A DNA stretch of 64,000 nt. Source: Candidatus Bathyarchaeota archaeon (lineage in GTDB: Archaea > Thermoproteota > Bathyarchaeia > Bathyarchaeales > Bathycorpusculaceae). Within the stretch, counting starts at the first letter, position 1; each line of letters begins with the position of its first letter. The DNA lies in NCBI GenBank assembly GCA_963832745.1, contig CAWHVC010000002.1, positions 320,001-384,000 on the forward strand, read 5' to 3'. Made by a program: the position numbers and the translations under genes. This document shows positions 48,626-58,827 of the stretch, piece by piece. The notes under the pieces are model-generated. The model was not told the DNA's origin and searched no databases. It worked only from the letters and a program-made list of their open reading frames with translations.

Positions 48626-49999
48626 TCAGGTCATGAATCTTTTCAGTGTTTCATACAGGACGCTTGTGCCAAACACCAAGTTGTCAATGGAGATTCGTTC
48701 GTCTATGCCGTGGTCTCGTTTGATGAATTTGCCGTTTACTGGAGGTTCGGTATGCATTGGATGGAAGCCATAACAGACGCTGCCTGCTTCACGGTAGGGT
48801 CTTGAGTCCGTGCCGCCGCAAGTCAAAGTTGGCGTGACACTGCAGTTTGGTTCAAACTCCTGCATAACCTCTGAGATTGTTTTGTACAGGGGTGTTTGTG
48901 TTGGTGATTCGGTGCCGTTGTGGACCTGCAAAAACTCAAATTCCAATCCCGTAAGCCCCGCCTCAGAGAGCAACCGTTTGACCAGCGCCAGCGTGTCCTC
49001 AACAGTCTGCCCCGGAAGGATACGGCAGTCAAAAGTGGCTTCGCAACTGCTGGGGATAATGTTGGCTTTTATGCCGCCACAGACCATAGTTGGCGTTAGT
49101 GTCATTTGGATTCTTGGGCGGATTTCCTCTGCGAGCGGTTCACCCTGTGTGGCTAACGTGTCAAGAATCTGCATGCTCCGTTCAGGATGCGCTAACAGTT
49201 CCGAGAAGGGCTGTCTAAGGTCGGGCGTTTTTTCTGCAATTTTTTCAAGATACGCTTTTACGGTTGGAATAAGAACGGTTTCTGGCTTGTAACCGCCCAG
49301 TTTTTCTATAGCCTTGTTGATTGGGGTGATGGCGTTAACCGCCGTGTTTGGCATGGAACCGTGCCCCGGCCTGCCCTTGGCTTTAAGCTTAAACCACATA
49401 ATCCCTTTTTCTGCCGTGTTGACGGTGAAGATGTTGCCGTTTTTTGTAGGCACAGAAAAGCCGCCGCCCTCGTTAATAACGTAATCAGCCATAAACTTCT
49501 CACGGTGATGCTCAAGCAGCCAGTTGGCGCCGTCAAAACCGCCTGTTTCCTCATCAGCCATAGCCGACAAAAGGATGTCGCCTTTGGGTTTTATGCCGTT
49601 GCGTTTGAGCAGTTTTAGGGTCATGACTTCGATGGCTGTCATGCCTTTCATATCAAGTGCGCCCCTACCATAGACAAAGTCGTCCTTGACTTCACCAGCA
49701 AACGGGGGAACGCTCCATTCATCAGGGTTAGCAGCAACCACGTCCAGATGAGAAAGCAGCAGCAGGCTTGGACCAGTACCGGCGCCTTTTAAGCGCGTAA
49801 TTAGGCTGCCTCTTTGAGGTTTTGATTCGATAATTTCGCATTCAAAACCTTCTTTCTGCAGGTATTCACGCAAAAAATTTGCTGCAAATGTTTCGTTTCC
49901 AGGTGGATTAGTTGTATCTATTCGGATAAGTTTTTGTAACAATTCGCAAACTTCGCTACGTATTTCCTGTATTAATTGAATAGGCATGATGTGGCTCAC
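48626..49999 (-). CDS. M20/M25/M40 metallopeptidase (ArgE/DapE family)
   Basis: SHLDVV, GRGALDMKG, ADEE, NEGG, GHGS, GGTD, HGIDE. Confidence 0.9.
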   Translation of the reverse strand: MSHIMPIQLIQEIRSEVCELLQKLIRIDTTNPPGNETFAANFLREYLQKEGFECEIIESKPQRGSLITRLKGAGTGPSLLLLSHLDVVAANPDEWSVPPFAGEVKDDFVYGRGALDMKGMTAIEVMTLKLLKRNGIKPKGDILLSAMADEETGGFDGANWLLEHHREKFMADYVINEGGGFSVPTKNGNIFTVNTAEKGIMWFKLKAKGRPGHGSMPNTAVNAITPINKAIEKLGGYKPETVLIPTVKAYLEKIAEKTPDLRQPFSELLAHPERSMQILDTLATQGEPLAEEIRPRIQMTLTPTMVCGGIKANIIPSSCEATFDCRILPGQTVEDTLALVKRLLSEAGLTGLEFEFLQVHNGTESPTQTPLYKTISEVMQEFEPNCSVTPTLTCGGTDSRPYREAGSVCYGFHPMHTEPPVNGKFIKRDHGIDERISIDNLVFGTSVLYETLKRFMT

Positions 50000-50138
50000 T
50001 TGATTGAATTTAATATTATACTCCTCATAAGTCTTGTTGTTGTTATTTCCCTCAAAATAGTGGCATTTTCTTCAAAATAAAACGATGATGTTTATATACC
50101 ATGGCAAAAAATGCATAGGAATAATAAGATGATTTCCG

Positions 50139-50645
50139 ATGAAAGACTTAAAACCAATAGATTACAAGCTTCTCTTCGAGTTAATGAAGGACTCACACCG
50201 AAGCGACAGACAACTAGCTAAAGCTTTAGGCGTTTCACAGCCCACAGTAACAAGAAGACGAGCAATGCTTGAAGAAAACTTCATCGAAGGTTACACTGTT
50301 ATTCCGAAGTTTGGACAAATCGGATTCGAAATCGCAGCCTTCACCTTCCTTAAAAGCAAACTAAAACAGAAAACCGGTCAAGAAAAAGAAGACGCACTCA
50401 AACAGCTTAAGGAATGGTACCTTAAACAGCCAAACGTTATTCTGGTTTTGGATGGACGCGGAATGGGTTGGGATGCAGTGTGCATTTCACTTCACGAAAA
50501 CTACCCGAGCTTCTCAGAATTCATTCGGGCACATGATTCAGAATTGTCCGAGTGGGTAGTTGAAAGTCAAACGTTCAATTCAGACTTAAAATCCGGTATA
50601 GTCGTTAAACCGTTCCACCTAAAATATTTAGCCAGCTCAAAGTAA
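50139..50645 (+). CDS. Lrp/AsnC-family regulator
   Basis: DYKLLFELMKDSHRSDRQLAKALGVSQPTVTRRR HTH. Confidence 0.85.
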   Translation: MKDLKPIDYKLLFELMKDSHRSDRQLAKALGVSQPTVTRRRAMLEENFIEGYTVIPKFGQIGFEIAAFTFLKSKLKQKTGQEKEDALKQLKEWYLKQPNVILVLDGRGMGWDAVCISLHENYPSFSEFIRAHDSELSEWVVESQTFNSDLKSGIVVKPFHLKYLASSK

Positions 50646-50701
50646 ACTGGCCTTAGCGCGGCTATCAAAACCGCATTATTTTATTTTTTTTAGAATTACG
50701 G

Positions 50702-50782
50702 TTACTTCTTTTTCAAAGCTTTCTTGAATATTTTCTTTTTAGGAAGCTTCGGTTTTCTTACTCTTTCCGCATCTACTGCCAA
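50702..50782 (-). CDS. Candidate lysine-rich small protein, 26 aa (MAVDAERVRKPKLPKKKIFKKALKKK)
   Basis: TTG to TAA open frame; TATA-like TTTAAAA about 35-40 nt upstream; below the ORF track cutoff. Confidence 0.4.
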   Translation of the reverse strand: MAVDAERVRKPKLPKKKIFKKALKKK

Positions 50783-50861
50783 GGCTAATCAAACAATCTA
50801 TATTGCAAGCTACCGCTTTTAAATTTAAGTAAAAAATAAAACACAAAAACTAGTTGGCTAC

Positions 50862-51095
50862 TTACTCTTCAACCATGATTAAAGTTAAAGTAGAACGCAC
50901 CTGATTGATGCTGCGGATTTTGTGAGAAATAGTCTCCTTCATTTCCTCCATCGTATCAGAGTGAACCTTAACTATTAAGTCGTAAACTCCGTAAGAAACG
51001 TAAGCTTCTTCAACGATGCTGATTTCTTTGAGCTGTTTAAGGACTAAGTCTTCGGAACCTGATTCCACGTTAAGCAAAACATAAGCTCTTGGCAT
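50862..51095 (-). CDS. Stand-alone Lrp/AsnC ligand-binding (RAM) domain protein
   Basis: AYVLLNVESG, YGVYDLIVKV, VRSTLTLI; ATG at 51095 with GGAG. Confidence 0.9.
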   Translation of the reverse strand: MPRAYVLLNVESGSEDLVLKQLKEISIVEEAYVSYGVYDLIVKVHSDTMEEMKETISHKIRSINQVRSTLTLIMVEE

Positions 51096-51188
51096 TTTAT
51101 TCTCCTTCTGCACATATGCACTGCTGGGTAATTAAAGATTTTTACCTACCAATCCATAACCAAGCATCGAAACTTGGCGAAAAAAAGT

Positions 51189-51605
51189 TTAAAGTTTAAG
51201 CGTTTTCTTATAGTCCATAATCATTTGGTCATGCTCAAACGCTAAAGGACCCGGCAAATCTTTAAGGCTAAACAGCTGGATTTCCTGAATCTCACTGTCC
51301 TGCTTTCTGGTTTGTCCACCCACAACTTTCACCACAAAACAGGCCGGGTAATAATCGTACTCCACCTCATCCTTGAAGCCCTGCTCATGATAATCGCCGA
51401 TTTTATAAGCAATTTCAACGTCAAGCCCAGTTTCCTCTTTAACCTCGCGGACACAGGTTTGCTCAACCTCTTCGCCCTGCTCCATTCTGCCGCCCGGCAA
51501 CGCCCAGTACCCCTTAAACGGCAAAGTATCACGTTTAACAAGCAAAATCCTATCCTGCGGGTAAGGAATAATTGCGGTTGCAGTTCTTCCACTATAACGT
51601 TTCAT
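51189..51605 (-). CDS. NUDIX hydrolase
   Basis: WALPGG.ME.GE..EQTCVREVKEETGL Nudix box; LAFEH. Confidence 0.9.
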   Translation of the reverse strand: MKRYSGRTATAIIPYPQDRILLVKRDTLPFKGYWALPGGRMEQGEEVEQTCVREVKEETGLDVEIAYKIGDYHEQGFKDEVEYDYYPACFVVKVVGGQTRKQDSEIQEIQLFSLKDLPGPLAFEHDQMIMDYKKTLKL

Positions 51606-51616
51606 CAAACATTCTC

Positions 51617-52444
51617 CTATGACGTTAACTTGTATCTCCAATTAATAATTAGGCTAATAGCAAAAATAATTATTCCCGTGAAAACCACCATGGGCCCCGG
51701 AAACGGCAAGCTAAACCCAAAAATTCCCCACAGCAGCACTCCAGAAAACGCGGCAACAGCACCAAAAATTGAACTTAAAACAGCGTATTTAGCCATGTTT
51801 GAGCTTAAAGTTTTAGCTGCTATCGCCGGTACAATTACCAGAAAGCCAACAAGCAGGGTTCCAACAATTTGAATACCAACCGCTACTACAACGGAAACCA
51901 AAAACAGGTACAGTAGGTTTGTTTTTGCAACGTTGATGCCTTTGGAAACTGCAAGGTCTTCCGAAATCATTGCCAAAACCAGCTTATTGTAAATCATTTT
52001 GGTCAGAAAAATGGCTACAACAGAAATTGCTACCGCAGCAAGGGTTCCTGTGAGCGTTACTTGTGAGATGTCGCCGAAGAGGGCTGCCTCTAGCGCGTCT
52101 AAATTGTCTCCGAAAAGCAGTATACCTATAGCTAAGGCAAGCGTGAACATGGCGCCAACTAAGGCTTCAAAGGAAATTTTTGTTGTCCGCTGGATATGCC
52201 AGATTATTACGGCTGAAGCAAACAGAAAAGCAAAGGCGCCGATGTAGGGGTCAAAGTGGAGAGTTATTCCGATTGCTAAACCTGGGAGGGCAACGTGTGA
52301 GAGGGCGTCGCCTACAAGAGCCATTTTTTCCAAAACCATAAGCGAACCAAGATAGCCTGCGGCGATTCCGACAAAAACCGCAACCACCAAACTGTAAACA
52401 ATTGTCAGGTCTATGATGTTATTTCTCTCCTCTGATTGTTTCAA
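51617..52444 (-). CDS. znuB: Zn/Mn ABC transporter permease (ZnuB-like); start uncertain
   Basis: GDALSHVALPG, LFGDI, VGTLLV...IVPA. Confidence 0.8.
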   Translation of the reverse strand: MKQSEERNNIIDLTIVYSLVVAVFVGIAAGYLGSLMVLEKMALVGDALSHVALPGLAIGITLHFDPYIGAFAFLFASAVIIWHIQRTTKISFEALVGAMFTLALAIGILLFGDNLDALEAALFGDISQVTLTGTLAAVAISVVAIFLTKMIYNKLVLAMISEDLAVSKGINVAKTNLLYLFLVSVVVAVGIQIVGTLLVGFLVIVPAIAAKTLSSNMAKYAVLSSIFGAVAAFSGVLLWGIFGFSLPFPGPMVVFTGIIIFAISLIINWRYKLTS

Positions 52445-53114
52445 CGCAGACTGCTTCGCCGTAGATTAGTTTCTGTGTGGCTTGTTTGGCAATTTCGGCA
52501 GATGGGCCGCAAAAGGTGATGCACTTGTTGATTGCAAGCAGACTGTCTGTGTATTCTTGCACAATGTGGATGTCGTGAGTTATCAAAAATATTGTTATGT
52601 CTTGTGTCTTTTTTAGTTCGTCAAGCATGAGGTAGATGGGTTCTTCGCTGTCCATGTCAACGCCTGTGGTTGGTTCATCCAGAAATAGTACGTTTGGCTT
52701 GTCGTTAAGCGCCCACGCTATTAAGATTCTGCGTAGTTGACCACCAGAAATGACTCCCAGACGCTTGTTTAAAATGTCTTTGTCATGTATCCTGACCAGA
52801 CGCAATGAATCTGTCAGGTCAACGTTTTTTCCCATGGAAAGAAACTCCCTCACCGTCATGGGTACATCTGACACTGAAACATTCTGTGGAACATAGCCGA
52901 TGCGGGTTTTTTCTGTCCACTCAATCTTGCCCGTGTATGGCAAACGGTTAAGTAGCGTGCGGAACAGCACTGATTTTCCTGCACCGTTAGGTCCCAAGAT
53001 TGCTATAGTTGACCCTTTTTTAACGTTAAAGTTTAGGTTTTTTAGTATGATTTGGTTTTGAAGTGTAACATTTAGGTTTGTTACTTTCAGGATGTTCTCG
53101 CCAGTTTGGGTCAT
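52419..53114 (-). CDS. znuC: Zn/Mn ABC transporter ATPase (ZnuC-like)
   Basis: GPNGAGKS, IGYVPQ, ISGGQ, FLDEPTTGVD, THD. Confidence 0.8.
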   Translation of the reverse strand: MTQTGENILKVTNLNVTLQNQIILKNLNFNVKKGSTIAILGPNGAGKSVLFRTLLNRLPYTGKIEWTEKTRIGYVPQNVSVSDVPMTVREFLSMGKNVDLTDSLRLVRIHDKDILNKRLGVISGGQLRRILIAWALNDKPNVLFLDEPTTGVDMDSEEPIYLMLDELKKTQDITIFLITHDIHIVQEYTDSLLAINKCITFCGPSAEIAKQATQKLIYGEAVCVETIRGEK

Positions 53115-53216
53115 TAACGTCACTTTTTCTAACCCAGCCAAATATAGCTGCTGGGCATAATAGATGGAATATGATTGTACAATTAAGTTTTTTGAAAGCA
53201 CCTGTTATTTGTTCAC

Positions 53217-54848
53217 TTAAGTGGTGCTGTTTGCTAAAACAAGATTTTGGTAGTCGGATTCTGAAAGCCAGCCTTCATCTTTAAGCAAGAACAAACCGTC
53301 TTTAAGGGCTGCTTCAGTCATCAAAATATTGTTTTTTTGGGTTAATGCTTCTATTTGCGCTTCAAACTCTGAGCTTGAGGAAGCTTTCAAACGTACTTTT
53401 TCACCCAAAACTGAGATGCCTCTAAAACGTTCATTGAACAGGTCTTTGATTTTTGCCATGCCCAATGCTCCTTTAAGTTTAGCTGAAAAACCTAAACTGC
53501 CTACCACGGCTGGCGGAAAAACAAAGTAACGTTTAGAGTCAGAATCTGCCCTGCTATAGGCTGTTACGTAAAATGGAACATACATTAGTGCGTTATTTTT
53601 CAGTTTAGGGTCCGATTCAAGACTTACCGGCGTCATGCTTGACAAAATGTTTTCTCGTTGAGCTACAAACTTGTTTAGCTCTTCTAACGCGGGGTGGGTT
53701 AAATTTTCAAGTTTAACGCTTTCTTGTCTGAAAGATTCCTGTTTCTTGTCCCTAAAAGCTTCAAGCGCCACAATTGGTTGGCGTTCAATCTGCATTTTTT
53801 CGTCAAACTCACTCCTTAACTTGAAAGTTTCGTTTGCTTCCTGCTCCGCCAAAGCTTTAAGCTGCCTCTCAACGCTCTTGTGCTGCTTCTTAAACTCGTC
53901 AAGTTCATGCTTTTCTTTCCTAATTTTCTTTTTTAAGCTATCCTCAGAGCGTTTATTGCCTTTGTTTGCTTGACTTCTTGACTGTTTGCTATAATGCTCA
54001 AGTTTTGTTTCTGTTTCTTTGATGATTTTTTCAAGGTGGCTTTTTTGTTTTTCAAGTGGAAGCTTTTCTTTGTCTATGCTTTTTTCTAAACGCTCAACTT
54101 GTTTCTTGTAATCGTGGGTTAGCTTTTCGATTTTTGGATTGCTTATTTCTTTTTGGGCTTTAATTTTGGCTTCAGCTTCTTCCGCAACAGCATTAGATTC
54201 AAAATGGAGCCCTTCAATGTATCCTTTGGAAGTTTTAGAAATCAGTTCCGTTAGCTGTTTTAGTTTTTCTGTTTTTTCCTTAAACATCGACTGCAATGTT
54301 TCAATCTGGTCAACAACCGCTGTTGCCTCAATTTCTTTCAAAACGGGCGGAAGTAAACCCAATGATTGGCCATAAACGTCGGTAGCTTCTTTACGGTAAC
54401 CATTAAATTCTAAAAGAAAATCGCTGTTGGCAATTAAACCCTCACAAGTTAGCTCCTTCTGGTTTAGCGTCTGCTGAAAACTCATTCGGTAATTGGCTAA
54501 AAACTGAAGATAATTCTCACGTATCTTAAAGCTTGCTTCGAAATCTTTAATGACAAATTCGGACTGAGTTGCCTCGTAATGTGACCATACATAGCTGGAT
54601 TTGTTTAAGCCATCAAAAACGTACGTAGAGCCTTCCCGAACAATAAGCCAAAGGGGATAACCCACTTTTATGATAAATGCGATTTTTTCTTTCTTGTTGG
54701 TTAATCCGCCGTTTTTTCGTTCAAGCTCTGAGAGTGCAAAGATTGCGGCTGATTCAGCTTCGCTGCTAATTGTCTCCCTTCGTTTTTCTGGTTGGACTGC
54801 AAAAGGCAAAGCAAGCTGCTTAGGGGTCGGCATTGGATCTTCACGCAA
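53217..54848 (-). CDS. Hypothetical protein with long central coiled coil
   Basis: 543-aa ORF; K/E-rich heptads in the middle; globular ends. Confidence 0.7.
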   Translation of the reverse strand: MREDPMPTPKQLALPFAVQPEKRRETISSEAESAAIFALSELERKNGGLTNKKEKIAFIIKVGYPLWLIVREGSTYVFDGLNKSSYVWSHYEATQSEFVIKDFEASFKIRENYLQFLANYRMSFQQTLNQKELTCEGLIANSDFLLEFNGYRKEATDVYGQSLGLLPPVLKEIEATAVVDQIETLQSMFKEKTEKLKQLTELISKTSKGYIEGLHFESNAVAEEAEAKIKAQKEISNPKIEKLTHDYKKQVERLEKSIDKEKLPLEKQKSHLEKIIKETETKLEHYSKQSRSQANKGNKRSEDSLKKKIRKEKHELDEFKKQHKSVERQLKALAEQEANETFKLRSEFDEKMQIERQPIVALEAFRDKKQESFRQESVKLENLTHPALEELNKFVAQRENILSSMTPVSLESDPKLKNNALMYVPFYVTAYSRADSDSKRYFVFPPAVVGSLGFSAKLKGALGMAKIKDLFNERFRGISVLGEKVRLKASSSSEFEAQIEALTQKNNILMTEAALKDGLFLLKDEGWLSESDYQNLVLANSTT

Positions 54849-54960
54849 ATTATAGCTTACTTGTTTTTTAAAACTTCCCTTTATCCTCGTTTTGACCTTA
54901 AATCGTTTAAGTGTTAAAGCAGATATACACGTTCTCTCTCAAATACTTCAAGGGCGGCAA

Positions 54961-55479
54961 ATGTTGAGAAAGAGACTTGCTGTTATTATTCTTGCAGTTT
55001 TGATAATAGTTTCTGTTATGACTGTTTATTTTTCAGAAGCATCTGTTAACTATTGGGTTGTACCTTTTCAGATTAAACTTGTCGATAACAGTTGGTATTC
55101 AAGCGAATTTTTTGATGATAGCACTGGCTCTCCTGGTAGTTTCGTGCAAATTCACGCAGTTAACAAAGGCTTATTTGATGCCTCATTTTACGTAATAGTC
55201 AAATTAACAAACGCAAGCTTTACCGAGAAACCCTTCGAAGAAGCCCAATTAATAGATAGCCATCAACTTAAACTGCCGTATACTCTACATGCAGGTGAAG
55301 AAACTAACTCAACCATCATTTTCTCAATAGATGACCCAGCAAACTGGTTTGAGATAACCGTTACGCTCGAGTCGAATCAATGGTTTTTGCGTTCCACGGA
55401 ATCTAATTGGGCAGGACAAAGTAGTTTTAGGTACGGACAGGCGGAAAATAATACTTGGATACCAAGTATGGTTAACTAA
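54961..55479 (+). CDS. Hypothetical membrane-anchored or secreted protein
   Basis: MLRKRLAVIILAVLIIVSV signal anchor; beta-rich domain. Confidence 0.65.
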   Translation: MLRKRLAVIILAVLIIVSVMTVYFSEASVNYWVVPFQIKLVDNSWYSSEFFDDSTGSPGSFVQIHAVNKGLFDASFYVIVKLTNASFTEKPFEEAQLIDSHQLKLPYTLHAGEETNSTIIFSIDDPANWFEITVTLESNQWFLRSTESNWAGQSSFRYGQAENNTWIPSMVN

Positions 55480-55496
55480 GCTGGTCATCGTCCATT

Positions 55497-56288
55497 TTAG
55501 GTGCCGTTGAAGAACGATTCCAGTTTGGAGGTTGGTCCTGCTTTTCTTAGGATTTCAGCGCATTTTTTGGGGTCCAACTCTTTAAACTCTAAACCCATAC
55601 TCGTCAATAGCGCTTGCACGTCTTTACCGAGACTCGGTGCTACGAGAACGCCGCGGATTTGCCTGTCAGCTTTTTGCTTGATGGCTTCAATGTACTTTGA
55701 GAGTTGTAGCACGGCTTCTTTGTTTGCGGTTTTGCGTTTAACTTCAATAACGACTAGTCTGCCTGCTTTGTCCATGCCGTAAACATCTACAAACCCTGGT
55801 TCAACCTTTTTTTCCCAACTTATCGGTTTGAACCCGTCCTCAATCAACTCGGGTCTAAATAGAATTGCCCTGTGCATGTCTTCTTCGCTGGCGTTAAGAA
55901 TGAAGTCGCCCGCATCTAAAAGGGTAATTGATGAGACCATGTAGATTTTGGTGAATTGAACTTTTACGTTTTCTTTAGGCTTTTGGCGGACAGCGTGAAC
56001 TTCCAGCATGTCATCTTTTAGTTGCGCGTGGAAAATGCTGCCTGAAGGTTGCCAGTTAACCGGTTCATAACCGGTTGGACGGTGAACAAGAAGGCTCCCA
56101 TCGGCTTTGATGATTAAGAGCCGTTCACCCAGTTCCAACTTGGAGCTTGCCCTTCCAACGTAATCCACTTTACAGTTACCCGCGACGATTAGAGTTCTTC
56201 GTTGAACAAACGCTTTTTCAATTATTACTTTGGCGTCTTCAAGGGTGGGTTCCACAAGCACAGAGAGTTTGTTGTTTGGTTGCTGCAT
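55497..56288 (-). CDS. nucS: Endonuclease NucS/EndoMS
   Basis: YVGRASS.L, IIKADGSLLVH, PVNWQP, GFVD, IEVKR, QLSKY. Confidence 0.92.
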   Translation of the reverse strand: MQQPNNKLSVLVEPTLEDAKVIIEKAFVQRRTLIVAGNCKVDYVGRASSKLELGERLLIIKADGSLLVHRPTGYEPVNWQPSGSIFHAQLKDDMLEVHAVRQKPKENVKVQFTKIYMVSSITLLDAGDFILNASEEDMHRAILFRPELIEDGFKPISWEKKVEPGFVDVYGMDKAGRLVVIEVKRKTANKEAVLQLSKYIEAIKQKADRQIRGVLVAPSLGKDVQALLTSMGLEFKELDPKKCAEILRKAGPTSKLESFFNGT

Positions 56289-56498
56289 TAGGTTTCGCCT
56301 GTAATAGACAGTTGAATGGTACATAAAATTTATTGAATTTTTCCCGCGGCAACTTGTTTACGGCTTGCTTTTTGAACAATCTAATTTTCTAGCTAATGTT
56401 TGTATGTTATTCATATGATGCTATAAAAAGTATTAAATACTTATAGCAAGCAAAAAGGGCTTTCGAGGTTTCAATCTAAACACTGTGGGAGAAAAAAG

Positions 56499-58784
56499 AT
56501 GGGAACTGAATTATTATTATGGGAACAATATGGACTTTATGCAGTAATTGGAGTTGCAATAGCTGCATTAATCTACGCAATAATTCTTTCAAAACAAGTG
56601 TTCAAAGAACCAACGGGCTTTGGAAAAGTCACCGAAGTCTGGAGCGGCATCAAGTCTGGGGCAAACGCGTATCTGCGAACCCAGATGCGCTCAATAATAC
56701 TATTTGTTGGAATCTTGGGTATTTTCCTGTATCTGTCGGCTGCACTGGCGAACTATGACTGGGCAATAACGGTCGGCAGAGTCGGCGCATTCTTGATGGG
56801 GGCCTTCTTTTCAGCCATGGTCGGCTACATTGGAATGAACATGGCGGTTCAAGGAAACATCCGCGTTTCAGAAGCATCAAAGAAGGGCTTTAGGGAAGCA
56901 CTAAAAATCGCTTACCGCACAGGGACAATCACAGGCATGCTTACAGACGGTTTAGGCTTGCTTGGCGGAACAATAATTTTCTTAATCTTTCTGCGTGATG
57001 CACCAGAAGTTCTTTTAGGCTTTGGCTTTGGAGGTACCCTTCTGGCTTTGTTCATGCGTGTAGGCGGAGGAATCTACACTAAAGCTGCAGACGTAGGCGC
57101 AGATTTGGTTGGTAAAGTAGAAAAAGGCATTCCCGAAGATGACCCAAGAAACGCTGCTGTAGTAGCAGACCTAGTAGGCGACAATGTTGGCGACTGCGCA
57201 GGTATGGCGGCAGACATTTTCGAATCTTACGAGGTAACAATGGTTTCTGCGATGCTGCTGGGTTTAGCGTTAGCACCATTTGATTATAAATGGATTGTTT
57301 TTCCACTTCTCATACGAGGCATTGGAGTCATAAGCACAATCGTCGGTACTTACGCAGTTACTATTTGGCCTGACCGACTCACCAAAGGCAACGCGTTTAA
57401 AGCCATGGATTTATCGTATGACCTTTCAAGTATCATAACTGGCATCGCCATCTTCCTGCTTGCAGTATTTTACGTTCAAGACATCCGCGTCTTCATCGCC
57501 GTAATAATGGGTTTAGTCTTGGCTATTAGCTTCAATAAACTCGCAGAATACTTCACAAGCGCTGACAAGAAACCAACATTAAGTGTTGCAGCCTCATCCA
57601 GAACCGGAACAGCCACAGTAATCCTGCGAGGTTTAGCGTTAGGTTTTGAAAGCACAGTCTGGACTGCCCTTGTAATAGCGTTTGCAATAGTGATTTCTGT
57701 CATCATCTTTAGCGGTGCAGGTATAGGCTTTGCAATGTACGGCGTCGCATTAGCAGGCATAGGCATGTTAACACTTACCGGAAACAACGTTGCCATGGAC
57801 ACTTTTGGCCCAATCTCAGACAACGCAAACGGCATCGGCGAAATGGCTGGTCTCCAAGGAAAGCCACGGCAAATTCTTGCAGACCTTGACGCTTCAGGAA
57901 ACACAACAAAAGCCATAACAAAAGCAATCGCCATAGCCTCAGCCGTTATCGCCGCAGTTTCACTGTTCTCAGCTTTCACCGAAACAATACCCGGAGTAAG
58001 CCTTGACATGGCAACTGATCCATTAGTATTTGTCGGCTTACTTGTTGGTGCATCATTGCCGTTCCTGTTTAGCTTCATGAATATACGAGCTGTAAGCAGA
58101 GCAGCAGAAAAAATCATCGAAGAAGTGCGTGTCCAATTCCGCAGACCAGGCGTCATGGCTGGCACAACAACCCCCGACTACGCTCGAGTAGTTGCCATCT
58201 GCACTGCATCGGCCCAACGTGAACTTGCCAGTTTAGCCACAATTGCTATACTATCACCGCTACTCGTAGGCGTCTTGTTAGGTGCACCTGCATGGGGAGG
58301 TTTCCTTGCCGGAGTCATCCTGACAGGTCAATTGCTTGCGGTTTTCATGGCAAACTCTGGAGGCGCTTGGGATAATGCAAAGAAAAAGATTGAAGACGGC
58401 TATTACGGCGGCAAAGGCTCTGATGAGCACAAAGCAGCAGTACAAGGCGACACTGTAGGTGACCCACTAAAAGACACAGCTGGACCAGCACTTAACCCAA
58501 TGATTAAAGTGATAAACCTGATATCCCTGCTGTTCGCACCCGTCATAATCAGCTTCAAAGACATGATGGTAATAGACATACCTGGCACAAGCTATGGCAT
58601 TCCACTAGTTTCAATGATTATTTCAATAGCACTCGCAGCAATCATCGGTGCAGCAATATGGTACAGCAAACGAGAAAAAATCGAAATACCCACATTGTCT
58701 CAAGCTCAAGCCGCGCCAGTACTGGAGGAAACAAGCAAACCTGCTTCCTCCTCCACCTCCGCCGCTGTTTCTTCCCCCAAATAG
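56499..58784 (+). CDS. hppA: Membrane-integral pyrophosphatase, K+-independent H+-translocating type
   Basis: GGIYTKAADVGADLVGKVE..IPEDDPRN; DNVGD; GNTTKA carries the Lys that marks the K+-independent subfamily. Confidence 0.92.
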   Translation: MGTELLLWEQYGLYAVIGVAIAALIYAIILSKQVFKEPTGFGKVTEVWSGIKSGANAYLRTQMRSIILFVGILGIFLYLSAALANYDWAITVGRVGAFLMGAFFSAMVGYIGMNMAVQGNIRVSEASKKGFREALKIAYRTGTITGMLTDGLGLLGGTIIFLIFLRDAPEVLLGFGFGGTLLALFMRVGGGIYTKAADVGADLVGKVEKGIPEDDPRNAAVVADLVGDNVGDCAGMAADIFESYEVTMVSAMLLGLALAPFDYKWIVFPLLIRGIGVISTIVGTYAVTIWPDRLTKGNAFKAMDLSYDLSSIITGIAIFLLAVFYVQDIRVFIAVIMGLVLAISFNKLAEYFTSADKKPTLSVAASSRTGTATVILRGLALGFESTVWTALVIAFAIVISVIIFSGAGIGFAMYGVALAGIGMLTLTGNNVAMDTFGPISDNANGIGEMAGLQGKPRQILADLDASGNTTKAITKAIAIASAVIAAVSLFSAFTETIPGVSLDMATDPLVFVGLLVGASLPFLFSFMNIRAVSRAAEKIIEEVRVQFRRPGVMAGTTTPDYARVVAICTASAQRELASLATIAILSPLLVGVLLGAPAWGGFLAGVILTGQLLAVFMANSGGAWDNAKKKIEDGYYGGKGSDEHKAAVQGDTVGDPLKDTAGPALNPMIKVINLISLLFAPVIISFKDMMVIDIPGTSYGIPLVSMIISIALAAIIGAAIWYSKREKIEIPTLSQAQAAPVLEETSKPASSSTSAAVSSPK

Positions 58785-58827
58785 TTTAAAAACCGCCGCA
58801 TCCGCTCCATAACATCGTGAAGACATA

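Noticed and set aside
57476-58165. 229-aa antisense ORF within hppA, and similar shadow ORFs in other genes
   Set aside because: Mirror-frame shadows of well-supported genes with no recognisable motifs
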